Below, piece after piece: positions 13,831 through 26,299 of a stretch of 64,000 bases of DNA. The translations under genes and the position numbers were made by a program. The notes beneath the pieces were generated by a model, which saw nothing but the letters and a program-made list of their open reading frames with translations, had not been told where the DNA came from and searched no databases. The stretch is from the human T2T-CHM13v2.0 reference genome, Homo sapiens. The stretch's first letter is position 1, and the number at the start of each line of letters is the position of its first letter. The stretch is from assembly GCF_009914755.1 (NCBI RefSeq), contig NC_060930.1; one strand, given 5' to 3'.

Positions 13831-16501
13831 TTTCCCTCCTGGTTCTTAAGTCATTGAAGCAGAGTATTGCCTGAGAATGGGTTGGAACTGGATTTCATGT
13901 AGCTGTAGTTCTAAAATAATTATCTCTCTTGCTGCTATAGATTTTAAGTTATAACTCAACTGCTAAAGGTTACTTATTCATCAGGACCATTCATAGTTTT
14001 TTACCATTCTTTTAGTTCACAAAACTTTAGTTATCTGTAAGGCAACATTTATATTTGCAGTAGGTATTTTCTGCTAATTTATGTTTGTTAATACGTACTA
14101 TGTATAAATAAACATAATTTGCATTATAAATTTCTAGAGAGGGAGATACACAGTCTTTAGTGCATGAAAATTCCAAATGATAAGCTGTTATGACATAGAA
14201 AAACCTTCTACTAAGATTTGCCACTGGACAAACCTGCACATGCACAGCTAGCCACAAAAAGATCTTTTGTCTGTGGTTATGTCACTGATGGGACAAGTTG
14301 CTCCTGTTTAGTGGTGATGACACCAATGATGAAGTGATCTAGAAAGATATTCCTTTTTCAAATTGATTTTCTTCCTGGAATGGTTTAAAGTACATCCTGA
14401 TTCTCCCAGATACATCTGATCATCAGCAAGTATCAGATGTCCTATCTGGAAGATATGCATACATTTTATCACTTTCCTTGATAAAATAATGACAACTGAA
14501 TAAGCATATTCTGATTGGTTATTTATACAACCAATATATATTTATTTAAAAATGGAGGATTTTCTACTTCATTTGGAGCAATGAATGAAGGGTAGAACTT
14601 AAGAAATTTATTAATATCAGTGATCCAAAAGTAATGTCATTGTCATTTATGATCCACACAGGCCCTCAGGGTCAGCATTATCATCAGTGTAAAGGTTTGA
14701 TCTGCAGGTATTTTTCTTTTATGTAAGATTTGATAAGACATAGCCTTATTGCTAGCTGTATATTTGAATTTTGCGTGAATGCACCATTGTAAAACTATTG
14801 TTGCCATCTCAAACTGTTGGCGACATTCCAGGCCGATGTCATCTGAGGTAACTAGATTATAATGAAAAACCAATAGATCTTTAAAATGCATACTGTCTCT
14901 GTACTAGCACACATGTACATTGGCTTGCATGACTTTCTTCAGAGCTAATTATACTGTTTTAAAAAAATAGTAATAAAGAAGATAAAAGATAAAGAAATAT
15001 AAAGCTACCCAACTGTGGAATCACTCACCTGATTTTCTCAGAATGCCACACTCTAATTACTAATGTATTGGCAGTCAGCACAGTTATCTAGAGGAGAATG
15101 TTTAAGGCAAAGATCATCCACTGTCTTAATATTTCTTACAAAATCATGTCTTTCTATTTTTTTCTAGGAATATAAACAATAGGTTGCTCCTAAGATGTTC
15201 ATTTAGATATCCCCAACATGCCTTTTGCCTGCCAAGGCCTACTTGCCACCTGGTTCTATTTTGCTAGAATGCTTATTAGACTTTGAAAATCATAATATTC
15301 AATTTCCTGCCTTTTCCTTGAATACACAAATAATACAGGAAGAGCAAGGCAACGATTCTTTCACGGCTGTTTAGGAAGTACTAAATAGAATTTAAACCTG
15401 CTGATGGGTCAGTTTTCAGTTCTGCCATCTTTATACTCTTGAGAAAGTCTCCAGTATTGGAAGGTAAATATATATCCTGGCCCAGTTTTATCTTAGAAAC
15501 TCTTTGTTCCTTTTATCTGTCCACTAAATTTCAAAACCAAGGGCATTTGAATATCTGAAAGGTTTAAGAATTTTAGTTTCCTTTCTTCTTACCTATAGAT
15601 GGGATAAATTTCATCTCCATCCTGTTCCAATAAACTTAGTGTCTAGAGTAATCACTGAATCAGAAAAACAAAAAGATGTTCTACTCAGCTTCTTGGGATT
15701 CTGCCTTCAGACATCATGTCTAAATTCATGCACTACTGGTCCAAACTGGCACACCATTTCTGGAAGCTGATTTGGCGTTGTTTGCTAACCTGCTGCTCGT
15801 GCACACATAATTTGGCATTATTTATCAACAGCCTTAAAATCATATAGCCTTTGACAATAAAAACATAATTTAACATTTGGACAAAGAGTTCTACGAAAGA
15901 TGTTCATCATGATGTTTTTAATAAATGAAAGGTTGAAAATCTTTTGCATCTTGATATCCAAGAACAAGAATTGGTTAAATAAATCTTAGTATATCCATAT
16001 AATGGAGTTCTCCAAAGCTATGGTCAAGACCGATGTTCTGGAAGAATTTCTAAACTACCATATCAAAAATTCTCATGCTGCAATATTATGATAAAAATCC
16101 AAAACAGAATTGCACACACAGTATGATATTAACTGTGTTTAAGTAATATGAACAGGGAGGGAAAAAATGGGACGTACACCAAAATGTTAACAGTGGTGAT
16201 TGTTATTCCTCTCTTTGGTTCCAGTTTTTTCTTAGACATTTTTCTAGGTTATCAAAATTCTCTGTAATGGGCATAAAATACAATAAAATTTCAAAAATTA
16301 AGATACAGAAGAAAAATATTAATGGAGCAATCAACGCACTATGTGGTTTTACGTCCATTCTACTTCTTTGGCGAGCCATAGACTTCTTTCTGCCTGACAC
16401 TTTCCTAGGAATTTATAGTGTGCATTCTCCTACTGGTGAAAAAACAACTATAGAGAGACAATGATAGCAATCTGTGTCACCTAGTCTCTGTTATTTTCCA
16501 G

Positions 16502-16617
16502 CACACGACGGTTCTGCCCTTTATATTAATCGAGATGAGGACATCGCACCATCAGTATCCCAGCAGGAGCAGCGGACTTACCGCCATATGTACCTTCTCT
16601 GTTGGCTATATATTATG
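16502..16617 (+). CDS. AIG1: AIG1 internal coding exon (probably exon 4; His134 to the split Trp172 codon)
   Basis: Acceptor ctctgttattttccAG (AG 16500-16501) and donor tg|GTaagg (16618). The 116 nt are 38 codons + 2 nt, translating to [38 protein letters not shown]-(W), identical to the recalled human AIG1 protein. CpG is locally enriched. No neighbouring AIG1 exon was found in the window. Confidence 0.97.
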
Positions 16618-17771
16618 GTAAGGACCATGCCTGCTGGGCTTTCTTATTGTATTAGATTTTGCACTGCTAAATTTGGGCACATATTTCATTATGGATATAA
16701 TCACTAACAGATTCACGCTGTGTGCCGCATTTGGTCCAAGACCTGGGCTTTGTCTCGTTTCCCCAGATGCTTATATTTTTAGAAAGTATATGCCAAACCT
16801 CACACAACAGGAATTTGTTGAACAATCCCATGTAAGCAGTGGTTCTTCCAAGGCTACATTTTTCAACTCTTTTTCAAACTAAATGTTTTTGTTGGACACC
16901 GGTTTTATTGCTTAAGGGCTTTTTTGCTTGGGATTTTGTTGTTGTTGCTTTTGTTGGGGGGCAGGGGAGTTGCAGCAAACACAAATGAGAACAGAAGTGA
17001 CCTCTTAGAGCAATGACTTAAAACTTACTAGGAAACAAGTGAAAATGTATGTTTTCCCTGGTCCATTTAAAACCTACTCCAGAATTAACTGTTACATGGA
17101 GAATGCATTAAACTGTTCTGTTTTTAAATATTGGGATAAATAAACCACAAGAAATCTTCATTTGATCTATTGTGCACAATTCAGATCCAAGTGTGAGGTG
17201 CCAAATTTATCTGATAAAAGAATTTTTGCCTGGCGAGTCTACTTCACATTAATTTCAGTTCTTATCAGGTTTTTAACACTTCAAAAATTATTTATCTTAA
17301 CATAGAGAATTTCTTATTTCTCTTTATAATTCCAAGTCCTCTTTGACATATTAACACGCACAGAGGAGGTCCCTCCTGCCAGCATTTCTGCCTCTTGGGA
17401 CTCTTTTGTCCTGAGTTCTGGTTCACCATCCCCTCCTTTAAGCCCAAAGGACTGGATAGTGTTCTTCCAAAAACCCCTCAATTGTACTTAATCCCCCCAA
17501 ATCCTAGAGCTCTTTGGGAGGCCCTATCTCCATGGAGCATCTTGCTCCAGCTGGAGTTGAAAAATAAAATAAAGGTCACTACAGTACCTGACACACTTTG
17601 CATAAACAATCACATGATGCCCCAAATCTGAGCAGAAAGGAGATTTGCTTCAGGAAGTCACACCCTGTGGCTGGATATAAGGGGACATCCAGAGGATGTC
17701 CATGTGGACAAGCATGAGCCACCGCGTCCAGCTGGGAGGAGCTTTACGACCATGTGGTAAAGCTCCTCCCC

Positions 17772-18059
17772 AGCTGGGTGCTGTGGCTCACGCTTGTAAT
17801 CCCAGCACTTTGGGACGCCCAGGCAGGCAGATCACTTGAGACCGGGAGTTCGAGACCAGTCTTGTCAACATGGTGAAACCCCATCTCTACTAAAAATACA
17901 AAAAATTAGCCAGGTGTGGTGGTGGGCGCCTGTAATCCCACCTACTCGGGAGGCTGAGGTGTTAAGAATCTCTTGAACCCGGGAGACAGAAGTTGCAGCG
18001 AGCCGAGATCACGCAACTGCACTCCACCCTGTCTCAAAAATAAACAAATAAATAAATAA
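17772..18059 (+). mobile_element. AluS with a short right-arm deletion
   Basis: Dimer. cactccaccctgtctc lacks the usual gcctgggcgacagagcgagac segment. (taaa)n tail; TSD aagct(c/t)ctccc. Confidence 0.93.
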
Positions 18060-19659
18060 GCTTCTCCCATTGGCCCCTCCATCAACTAGTAAAGACCACT
18101 TGCAAGGACTAGGGAAGTATTTGTTTTCCTAATTACTTTCTAAGTTTTTTGCCTCATCCAAAACCTTAAGTGTTGACTTTCTCTGATAAAAAATGTCCAA
18201 ATGATCAGAACTCACACCTGCAATATGACTAAAGTTGTGTCTTAAAAATAGATTTATGTCCTTTATACATATGAACTTATATTCAAATGAGTGTTATCTT
18301 TCAGAATAGTCAAGTAGGGAGGCTGCACAATTATTCCAGGGATGCCACAGATGTTTAAAACATACCTGGAACTTCCTATAGCCATAGTTTAAAAATCAGT
18401 CTCGCATCCCACCCCCACCCCAAATACGGTCTTGTTACTTTGCACTCATATTTGCTTACCTGTGGAAAAGGCAAGTTCTTTACTCTGGGAACTCTAGGTA
18501 TATTTCTGCAAATTCATTTATATGCTATTAAATTATCTGCATCTTGTAGAGCCCCAGAGATTTCAGGAACTATGTACTTTCTGATGGCCTGTCTTCCATT
18601 GTGGGTAGAATCAGTCCACGTTCCAAAGAGACACATGGGAAATACCACATAGTCCTCATTATAGACCCCCAAGATCCCTCATTAAAATGAAGCATTACTC
18701 ATTCTCTGCATGCCAAGTGAGGCTTGCCAGCTCTGCGTACTCCCTAAGCAAACCAGTACTTGTTTGGACATGTATTTACATTAACCAGTGAATTCTCTCA
18801 GATTTGTTCTGAGAAAGCATTCAAAGTAGACTTTTTCCTTTGGTGTTCTGCCCTGGGCATTCATAACTGTGCCAAATGCTAAACAATGGCCCTCACGTCA
18901 TGTCCCATTATGTAAATCCAAGATTTTAATTGTTATCAAAAAGGTACTGGCTTTTGCTTCCTTTCAGACTATGTTAGGGCCGACATACCCGTGACACAAC
19001 AGCCAAAGGTTCGGGATATGAAATCTTTTGATAGCATACCAGGGTTGTAACTGGACATTCCAGAGCCCCATGCCAAGATGAAAGAAAGCATTCCTCTCAT
19101 CACATGTAAATTATAAAAGAAATAGATGGCCTGTGCAATACTGAGTAAGGTTGAGCTAAATCTATACCTCAGGGGCTGACCAGGCTGCTGGCTGTTTTGC
19201 TGGGACTCTAACTTGCTATCCAGTGGCCCTCCGCATCTGAATCTATTCTCTTCCCAGGTTTGGGTAGTGAGAGTAGAGAAAGTAAGGGATACCTGGACTT
19301 TCCCCACTGACTGGTTCCCATTGAGCTCCCATTCTCGGTGGTTCTGTTTCCCAGCCCCGTTGCAGTCCTCCCCAAGCTTAGCATCTAAAGGCCATCCCGG
19401 TCTCCTTCCGTGATGACTTCTGCCTCCCTGCCATGTTTCTCTTTCCCCCAGCCCAAACATCACCTGTCCATTTGTGGGAAGCTCTTAACTCCTTTCCTGG
19501 ACACCCCCCTCCATCATCAACCCTCCCACACACACATTTCTCTGCACCCCGTTTGTGAGATTTTCCCTAATCAATGAGAGGACCCTTAGCATTCCGGATA
19601 CATACAGAGGTCTCCTTGGTGTCTGATATAAGAGTTTAAGTATCAGGAATCATAATGGG

Positions 19660-19860
19660 TACCATTCCTTTGAGCCAGACACTGTGCCAAGTTCAGTTCA
19701 AATATTATCTTATTTAGTTCCCCAAACAGTCCTTAGAGATAGGCATGATCTTGCCCATTTTACAGGGAAGTATGCTGAAGTTTAGAAAGAGTACATGACT
19801 TGCCCAGGGTGAGCCACTGGACTCTTGCCAGAACTACGGTGCAAGCCCCATTGTGTGGCT
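19660..19860 (-). mobile_element. MIR
   Basis: gccagacactgtgccaag...cccattttacag...tgacttgcccagggt. Confidence 0.7.
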
Positions 19861-20128
19861 GCAGATTGTAGTCTGTTAACCGGACCCTCCACTGCCCTTG
19901 CTGTGTGAAGAGTAACTCTATGAATGAACATAGTGAGTTTTTTATTTTGTTTAGAAGAAATACATAAGAACCAGCCAAGCCTGGTAGCTGAGGCCACTTT
20001 CTGGGTTGGAAACATTTCTAGGCTTTAGCTTAATCAGAAGTAAAACAGAGAGGAGGACAGAATGTACCCCATAGTTGGAAAGACACTGTTATTGTATATA
20101 AAGCCCATAGAACAATGCCTGACTACAG

Positions 20129-20159
<31 letters not shown>

Positions 20160-21034
20160 ATATTTGCTATTTATCAGTCCTGAGATGCTTCTCAACAAAT
20201 AGTAGTATAAACAGTAATGTTTCCTTTTCAAGGCTTGAGAATTTTAGTTACCATAAGTGTTTTCTCTTCTTTTTACTCATTCTGGATCACTTGCACAAAA
20301 TCAAAAACAATTTTAATAGTCATAAACAACTCTAAGGGATATGAAAATATCTTTTTTTTAATTATAAAAGAATGATTAGGAAATCTTACAGGGGTGCTGG
20401 GTAACACAGGGAGCTTTAAGATCATGGGCTCCTGTCTCTTGTCACCTTCTAGTTGACATGTATAAAAGAGAAGACATCTTTGCTCCACCTGGTGCAGCCG
20501 TCTGGGGCTGAATCTTTTCCCGGGCTGGCTCCACCCTCACTTCCAAGCACCTGGAATCCTTGTCTCTGCAGTTCTGCTTCTCATTGCTCTGCCTTTCAGT
20601 CTGCAAGATACAGAAAGAGGAAACCAACTCAGACCCTAGGAAATGTACACCCTCAAAGCTTCAAGAATGGTCTCTCTCCTAAGGAGTCTTCTTCCAGCCC
20701 CTGGCTATTCTCCCTCCTTCAGGGGTTTCTCATTCAATCAGAGCCCATGTGAGATCTCAGAAGCCATGTATAATACGTGCTGATCTCTCAACCCAGGACA
20801 CATCAAGAGCAAGTAGGCCTTAGTGAAGGGGACAAAATGGATCCTGGGTGTTTCCACTTATGGATAAATATTCCTTGTCAACTGCTGTGAGTGTATTTAA
20901 AGCAAAATAGAGATGTCTGTTGTCTCTGCACCCTAGTGGTTTTAAACAAATTCCATATTCCAAATCTCATTTCCCCAAATGTGTTCACTGAATAACTTTC
21001 CAACACAGAAAATAAAACAAAGTCAAGTCAGAAG

Positions 21035-21944
21035 TGTTAATGGAAAAAGCAAACTCTGTAAAATATTTAAAGAGGTTTATTCTGAGGCAATACGAGTGAC
21101 CATGGCCCAGGAAACAGTCTCAAGAGGTCCTGAGAAAGTGTGCCCAAGATGGTTGGGTTACAGTTTGGTTTTATACATTTTAAAGAGACAGAAGTTACAA
21201 GCAAAGACATAAATCTATACCTGTAAGGTATGCATTGATTTGACCTGAAAAGGTAGGATGTCTCAAAGAAGTAGTGGGTGGTTACAAGTCATAGGTGAAT
21301 TCAAAGATTTCTGTGGTTGGGAGTTGTTTGAAAGAGTTAAGCTTTGTCTAAAGACTTTAAGTCAGTAGAAAGAAATGCTTGAGTTAAGATAAGGGAGGTT
21401 GTGGAGACCAAGGTTCTTGTTATGTAGATGAAGCCTCATACGTGGCAGCCTTCAGAGAGAATGGATGGTAAATGTCTCTTTTCAGACCCTAAATGGCATC
21501 AGGCTCTTTGTTAATCTCTCCTAGATCCAGGAAGGTCCTGGCTGTATTAATGGAGACTCTCTACAAATGCAAAGATCCCCCACAAAAGATGGCTCTGCAG
21601 AGCCATTTCAAAATATGTCAAAGAAATATATTTTGGGCTAAAATATGTTTGATTTCCTTCAGGACCTCCTATCTGTTATGTGATGCTACATCAAAATCAG
21701 GTTGAAATGTGGAATCTTATTGCCCCAAAGAGTTTGTTTTGTCAGTCTTATGATCTCTATTTTAATGTTAATCCTGGTCAGTTGTGCCTAAACTCCAAAA
21801 AGGAGAGGGTACAATTAGGCATGTCTAACCTGCCTTCCCCTAATGGCTGTGAGTTCCATTTTTCAGGTTTCTCTAGGGTCCCCTTGGCCCAGAGGGGGTC
21901 CATTCAGTTGGTTGAGAGGCTTAGAATTTTATTTTTGGTTTACA
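21035..21944 (-). mobile_element. MER4-family (MER4D-like) ERV1 solo LTR
   Basis: TG...CA termini, 910 bp, gaggtttattctgag and gtctcaagaggtcctgagaaagtgtgccc motifs; 4-bp TSD gaag/gaat. Confidence 0.85.
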
Positions 21945-22488
21945 GAATGAAGTATGTTCATTCTTTTATGATCATTCCTAAATTATTTCATGTCAAAATT
22001 CTATCTCCCACAAAATTTGATTATCTCCTAACTGGGCAATTTTGGATGATTTTTTTGGCTTCTTGTTGAAATGGTTTTGTACCTCAAGTTTCTGCTGGAA
22101 ACATACATTATTTTTTATTTACATACAGTATTTGTAAGCCAGAGAAAAAATTCTCAAACATAAAAATAAGAGTGTACTCAAATTTTAAAGTCTTAGAATT
22201 TTTAGCCATGAATGAGTAAAATTTTTAGGAAAAAATGTGTACCCTCTTTACTAAGAAAATGAAATTTTAGACCACATTCAATTCCTTCCATTTAATCAGA
22301 TGTTTCTTCACCAGTTAAACAAATCTGGCCGACACGTGTTCTTTGACCAGCAGATGACATTTTTCTCTATTCAACTTGAATCTTTCACTCCACCATAGCT
22401 GTTGACTTTTACATCTGTAATGGTTTGTGTACATTTTTCTGATTTTCTGGCATTGGAGAACCGAGTCCAAGATGAATGAAGGTGATAA

Positions 22489-23206
22489 TGTTACTGGCGG
22501 CATATATGTATGGGTCTGCAGCAACCTCAGTTCTTGCCGCCTCAGAAGAAATAATTTGACCAAGGGGCATAAGGCAGAGTGAGACTGAAGCAAGTTTTAG
22601 AACAGGAGTAAAAGTTTATTTAAAAGCTTTAGAGCAGGAATGAAAGGAAGTAAAGAACACTTGGAAGAGGGTCAAGTGGGCAACTTGGGAGATCAAGTGT
22701 GCAGTTTGACCCTTTGACCTGGTGTGTTATGTGTTGGCGTGCTTCCGGGGTCTTGTGTTCCTTTCTCCCTGATTCTTTCCTTGGAGTGGGCTGCCCACAT
22801 GCACAGTGGCCTGCCAGCACTTGGCAGGGGCCGCATGCGCAGTGTGTTTACCGGAGTTGCGCGCATGCTCACTTGAGGCATCCCCCCTTACCAGTTGAAT
22901 GCTCCTGGAAAGTCATATAACAATTAAACTCCACCATTTTTCCTCTTAGTGTGCATGACTGAGCCCACTCACCCAACTCCTGAGATCTTATCAGGAAGCT
23001 GTTGATCATGAGCTTTAGGTGTCTTTCTCTATTGGGAGACTGCCTTTCCCTGGTGCCAGCTGCAACCAATTATTATTTTAGAGAGGCAGTTTTAACAACA
23101 ACCGACTGACCATCACCTGATGGTTGCCTGACATTCTTGTTTGTTGGGGGGTGGCAGGGGGATGCTCTCCTGCCCTTTCACGTCTGACTAGCTACCTGCT
23201 GTAACA
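22489..23206 (-). mobile_element. MER50-like ERV1 solo LTR
   Basis: tgttactggc...ctagctacctgctgtaaca, 718 bp; exact 4-bp TSD ataa at 22485-22488 and 23207-23210. Confidence 0.85.
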
Positions 23207-24129
23207 ATAAGTATCTCACATTCTGAAGAGAGCTACCTTTCTTGGGGCTTACAAGAGACAGCCGAAGGACTCTGCTCACTTACTATCACCAAGGCCATCC
23301 ATGCTTCACTATGCCCGTCTTCCCCACCCTCTTCCCAAGATGGGGAAGAGGGACAGGGTCTTTGCAGTCTTGAGTTTTGGATCTAGGGGAGCTGTTGGGG
23401 GAAGGAAGGGCCTCTCCACACTGACCAAAGCCAAGTGTGAGGCTCTAAGAGAATCCCTGGTAAATAATAGCTATGAGGCAGGAATTTAGGAAGCTGACTC
23501 GTTAGCCTTCCTTATATCTCCTATTTAAGCAAGGAAAAGAGTCTTGGAAGGATATGGCAGGGCAGAGGGAGGGGGAGCTGTAAAGCCGCCTGTGATCCCA
23601 TCATTGTACATGTCAAAGTTTCTTGTAGATCTGGTTTGACATAGAGGAAGGTTGCTGGAGTTGAGCTGTCTTGATGGTGGCCCACCCAAGAAAGAATGGC
23701 TCCTGGGCAAGAGTTTTCCAGCAGCAGGAAACCATGGGGTGTGCTGCCCTGGACAGGAGCCAGGGGGTGTTAAAGAGGTCTAGCTGGAGCCAGCCAGATC
23801 CCCCACATAAGGAAGCTCTTCATTTCAGAAACCCTTCAGAGACCCCTGCAAACCTCACACTTATGCACCCGACGCAGAGGTGAGCACCTGGACTTCAGCC
23901 TCACAGCACTAATCAGTGGGAAGCAGGGATTTGCCAATGACAGGGAAAGCCCCTTGCATAAGCACAGGCAGTGAAGTCAGAAGATATTCATCCTTCTTCC
24001 ATTTCCCCCGCCAGAAAGGAAAGAGGCATCTCAGAACCAGTCCACGTCCTCCTCTTCTACTTCAGGGTCTTAGAGTGCATGGAATAAATAAGTAAACCCC
24101 CCTCCCATTCAGGGTTCCAGCAATAAGCC

Positions 24130-24500
24130 TGCTGTGTTCAAGGAAAGCAGAAGGCCACTGTGTGTTGAAGCAGAGTGAGGGAGAGTGCACAGAGCTCCTA
24201 GGGTGAGGGAAGGAGAGCATTAGAGGCCACTGGAAAGACTGTCCTTAATTCAGATTGGCAGTCATTGGAAGGTTTGGACAGAGACTTGACATGAACTGAG
24301 ACATTTCTAAGGAATCACTTTGGCCAATGTGTTAAGAGTGGATTGAAGGCAAGGGTAGAACAAGGAGAAGAGAAGAGAAGGCTATAGAAGAAATCCTGAT
24401 AAGAGATGAAGTGGCCTGGACCCTGGTGGTAGAAATGGCGTTAATAGGATTCTGGATATATTTTGAAGGTAGGGTCAATAGGATTTCCTGGCCAAATTTA
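24130..24500 (-). mobile_element. L2 fragment
   Basis: gtgttcaaggaaagcagaaggccact...ggattctggatatattttgaaggtag. Confidence 0.65.
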
Positions 24501-24545
24501 AATTAAACCCTGGACTCAGCCCCTTTAATAATGTTTAACCTTGGT

Positions 24546-25084
24546 ATGGAAGGCAAAATAATGCTCACCACAAGCCCCCAAAGATATCCACATCCTAAAA
24601 TCCCCAGAACTTGTGGATATGTTCCCTGACATGGCATGTGGCAAAAGGGACTTTGCAGGTGTGATTAAGGTAAGGACCTTGTGATGGACAGGTTAGCCTG
24701 CTTTTGCAGGTGGACCCAGTCTAATCCCATGAATCCTTAAGAGTGGAGAGCCATTCACAACTGTGGTCAGAGAGAGACATGACTGCCGAAGGACAGTTAG
24801 AGAGATGCAGTGGAGAAAGGACTTGAACTGCCGTCACTGGCTTTGAAGACAGAGGAAGGGGCTGTGAGCACGGAACAAGGGCCCCCTCTAGAAGCCGAAA
24901 AAGGCAAGGAAAGGGATTCTCCCCTAGGGCTTCCAGAAAGGAACTCAGCCCTGCTGACACCTTAATTTTAGCTCAGTGACACCTATGTTATACTTCTAAC
25001 CTGTAGAATTCTCCGATGAATATGTGTTGTTTTAAGCCACAAGTCTGTGGCAATGTGTCATAGTAGCAAGAAAAAAACGAATAC
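24546..25084 (+). mobile_element. MLT1D/E-like MaLR LTR, inserted into a MIR
   Basis: cccccaaagatatccacatccta...ggcaaaagggactttgcaggtgtgattaag...gttgttttaagccac; the MIR continues on both sides. Confidence 0.8.
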
Positions 25085-26299
25085 TTGAACAAATCACTTA
25101 ATCTCTATGGGCCTCAATTTCCTTATCCGAAACAAAAAAAGCATGATGATAGTGATCAGGCAGGATTGCCGTGAGCATCAGAAAAATGGGTATACAATGT
25201 CCAGCACCTAACTGGCACTCAGTTCCAGTGGCCATTGTTGTTCTGTTTATACGCTAGGAATACTCCATCCTAAGAGAGCCTCAGCTTAGTTCTTTCTGCA
25301 ACTTTCTTCCCTCACGAACCTTACCCTGGAAGGCAGAAGTCTAGATCTTTGAAGTTAGATGCTCCTTGTTTAGTTCCCGTCTTCCTCGGGTCTTTGAGCA
25401 AATTACTTATCCTCTCTTAGCCTCATTGTTACCACCTTTAAAATGGGAAAGAATGCCTGCCTCACAGAGTTGTGAGGATTAATGAGCCCATAGGGATGCT
25501 CAGGAAATGAGAGCATCTTCCCTTCCTCTTAGGCGACAAAATTCCTGAATGCCTGCAGAGACCCTAGGAGAAAGGCTCATTTTCTTTTTTTCTCTCTCTC
25601 TCTTCCCCGCCACCCTTATTTTATTTTCATTTTATCCTCTGTTCTTCATACGGGCTTTGGTCCTACTTTACAGCATGTGTGGCTCTTCATAACCTATTGA
25701 GAAAGTTAAAGAGTTTTCTGAAATTTTCTTATGGTTCATATATTAAGTTATTTCCGGAGCTCTGCTTTTCCCATGAGATTCGAGAATGTCATTGCTTTCC
25801 CATTATTCCAATCTGCGTATTTTTACAAGCACTGTGCTGAGAATGCACTATTTTCTCATCTTCTAAGGAAAAGTCTATCTGGGCAGTTGAAAGCCTGACA
25901 ACAGAGAGTATGTCTTGCCCTTGGTGCCTGAGAATGTCCACTTGGGTGTTGGTCAAATCAGCTTCTTAGACCTGCATCTGGACAGAAAAGGCTTGTGTAT
26001 ATAATCTGTCTCAATCCCCAGTATTTATTATTCTGAGTTTTTTGTTCTCCTACCCCCAACAGCTGGTTCTCAGACATTCTGGGAGTACATGAAGAACTAG
26101 AATTCCCCATGTGCTATTAACCTTGCCCCACCCTGAAGTCATGTTTTATGTGGTTATGATCCTTCCCCCACTCCCCAGCTTCCCTACAGCCATGCCTACA
26201 CCACTGCTTCTTTTCCCCATAGTCTGCCCAAATCACCAGTGTGATGCTGCTTGTGCTCTTGATGCTACTTGGCAATTTTCCTGTGGATTTCTCCAGCCA

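Noticed and set aside
15140-15185. Strong-looking acceptor tttctatttttttctag upstream of the AIG1 exon (would add EYKQ-stop)
   Set aside because: No convincing donor or other exon evidence; such sites are common in AT-rich introns.
16570-16590. Minus-strand consensus donor (gcg|gtaagt) inside the exon
   Set aside because: Explained by the AIG1 codons GGA CTT ACC GCC; no matching antisense exon seen.
16474-16707. 77-aa ORF overlapping the exon
   Set aside because: Wrong frame; the spliced AIG1 frame explains the region.
18969-19463. 164-aa minus-strand ORF
   Set aside because: No recognisable domain or supporting gene structure; within chance expectation.
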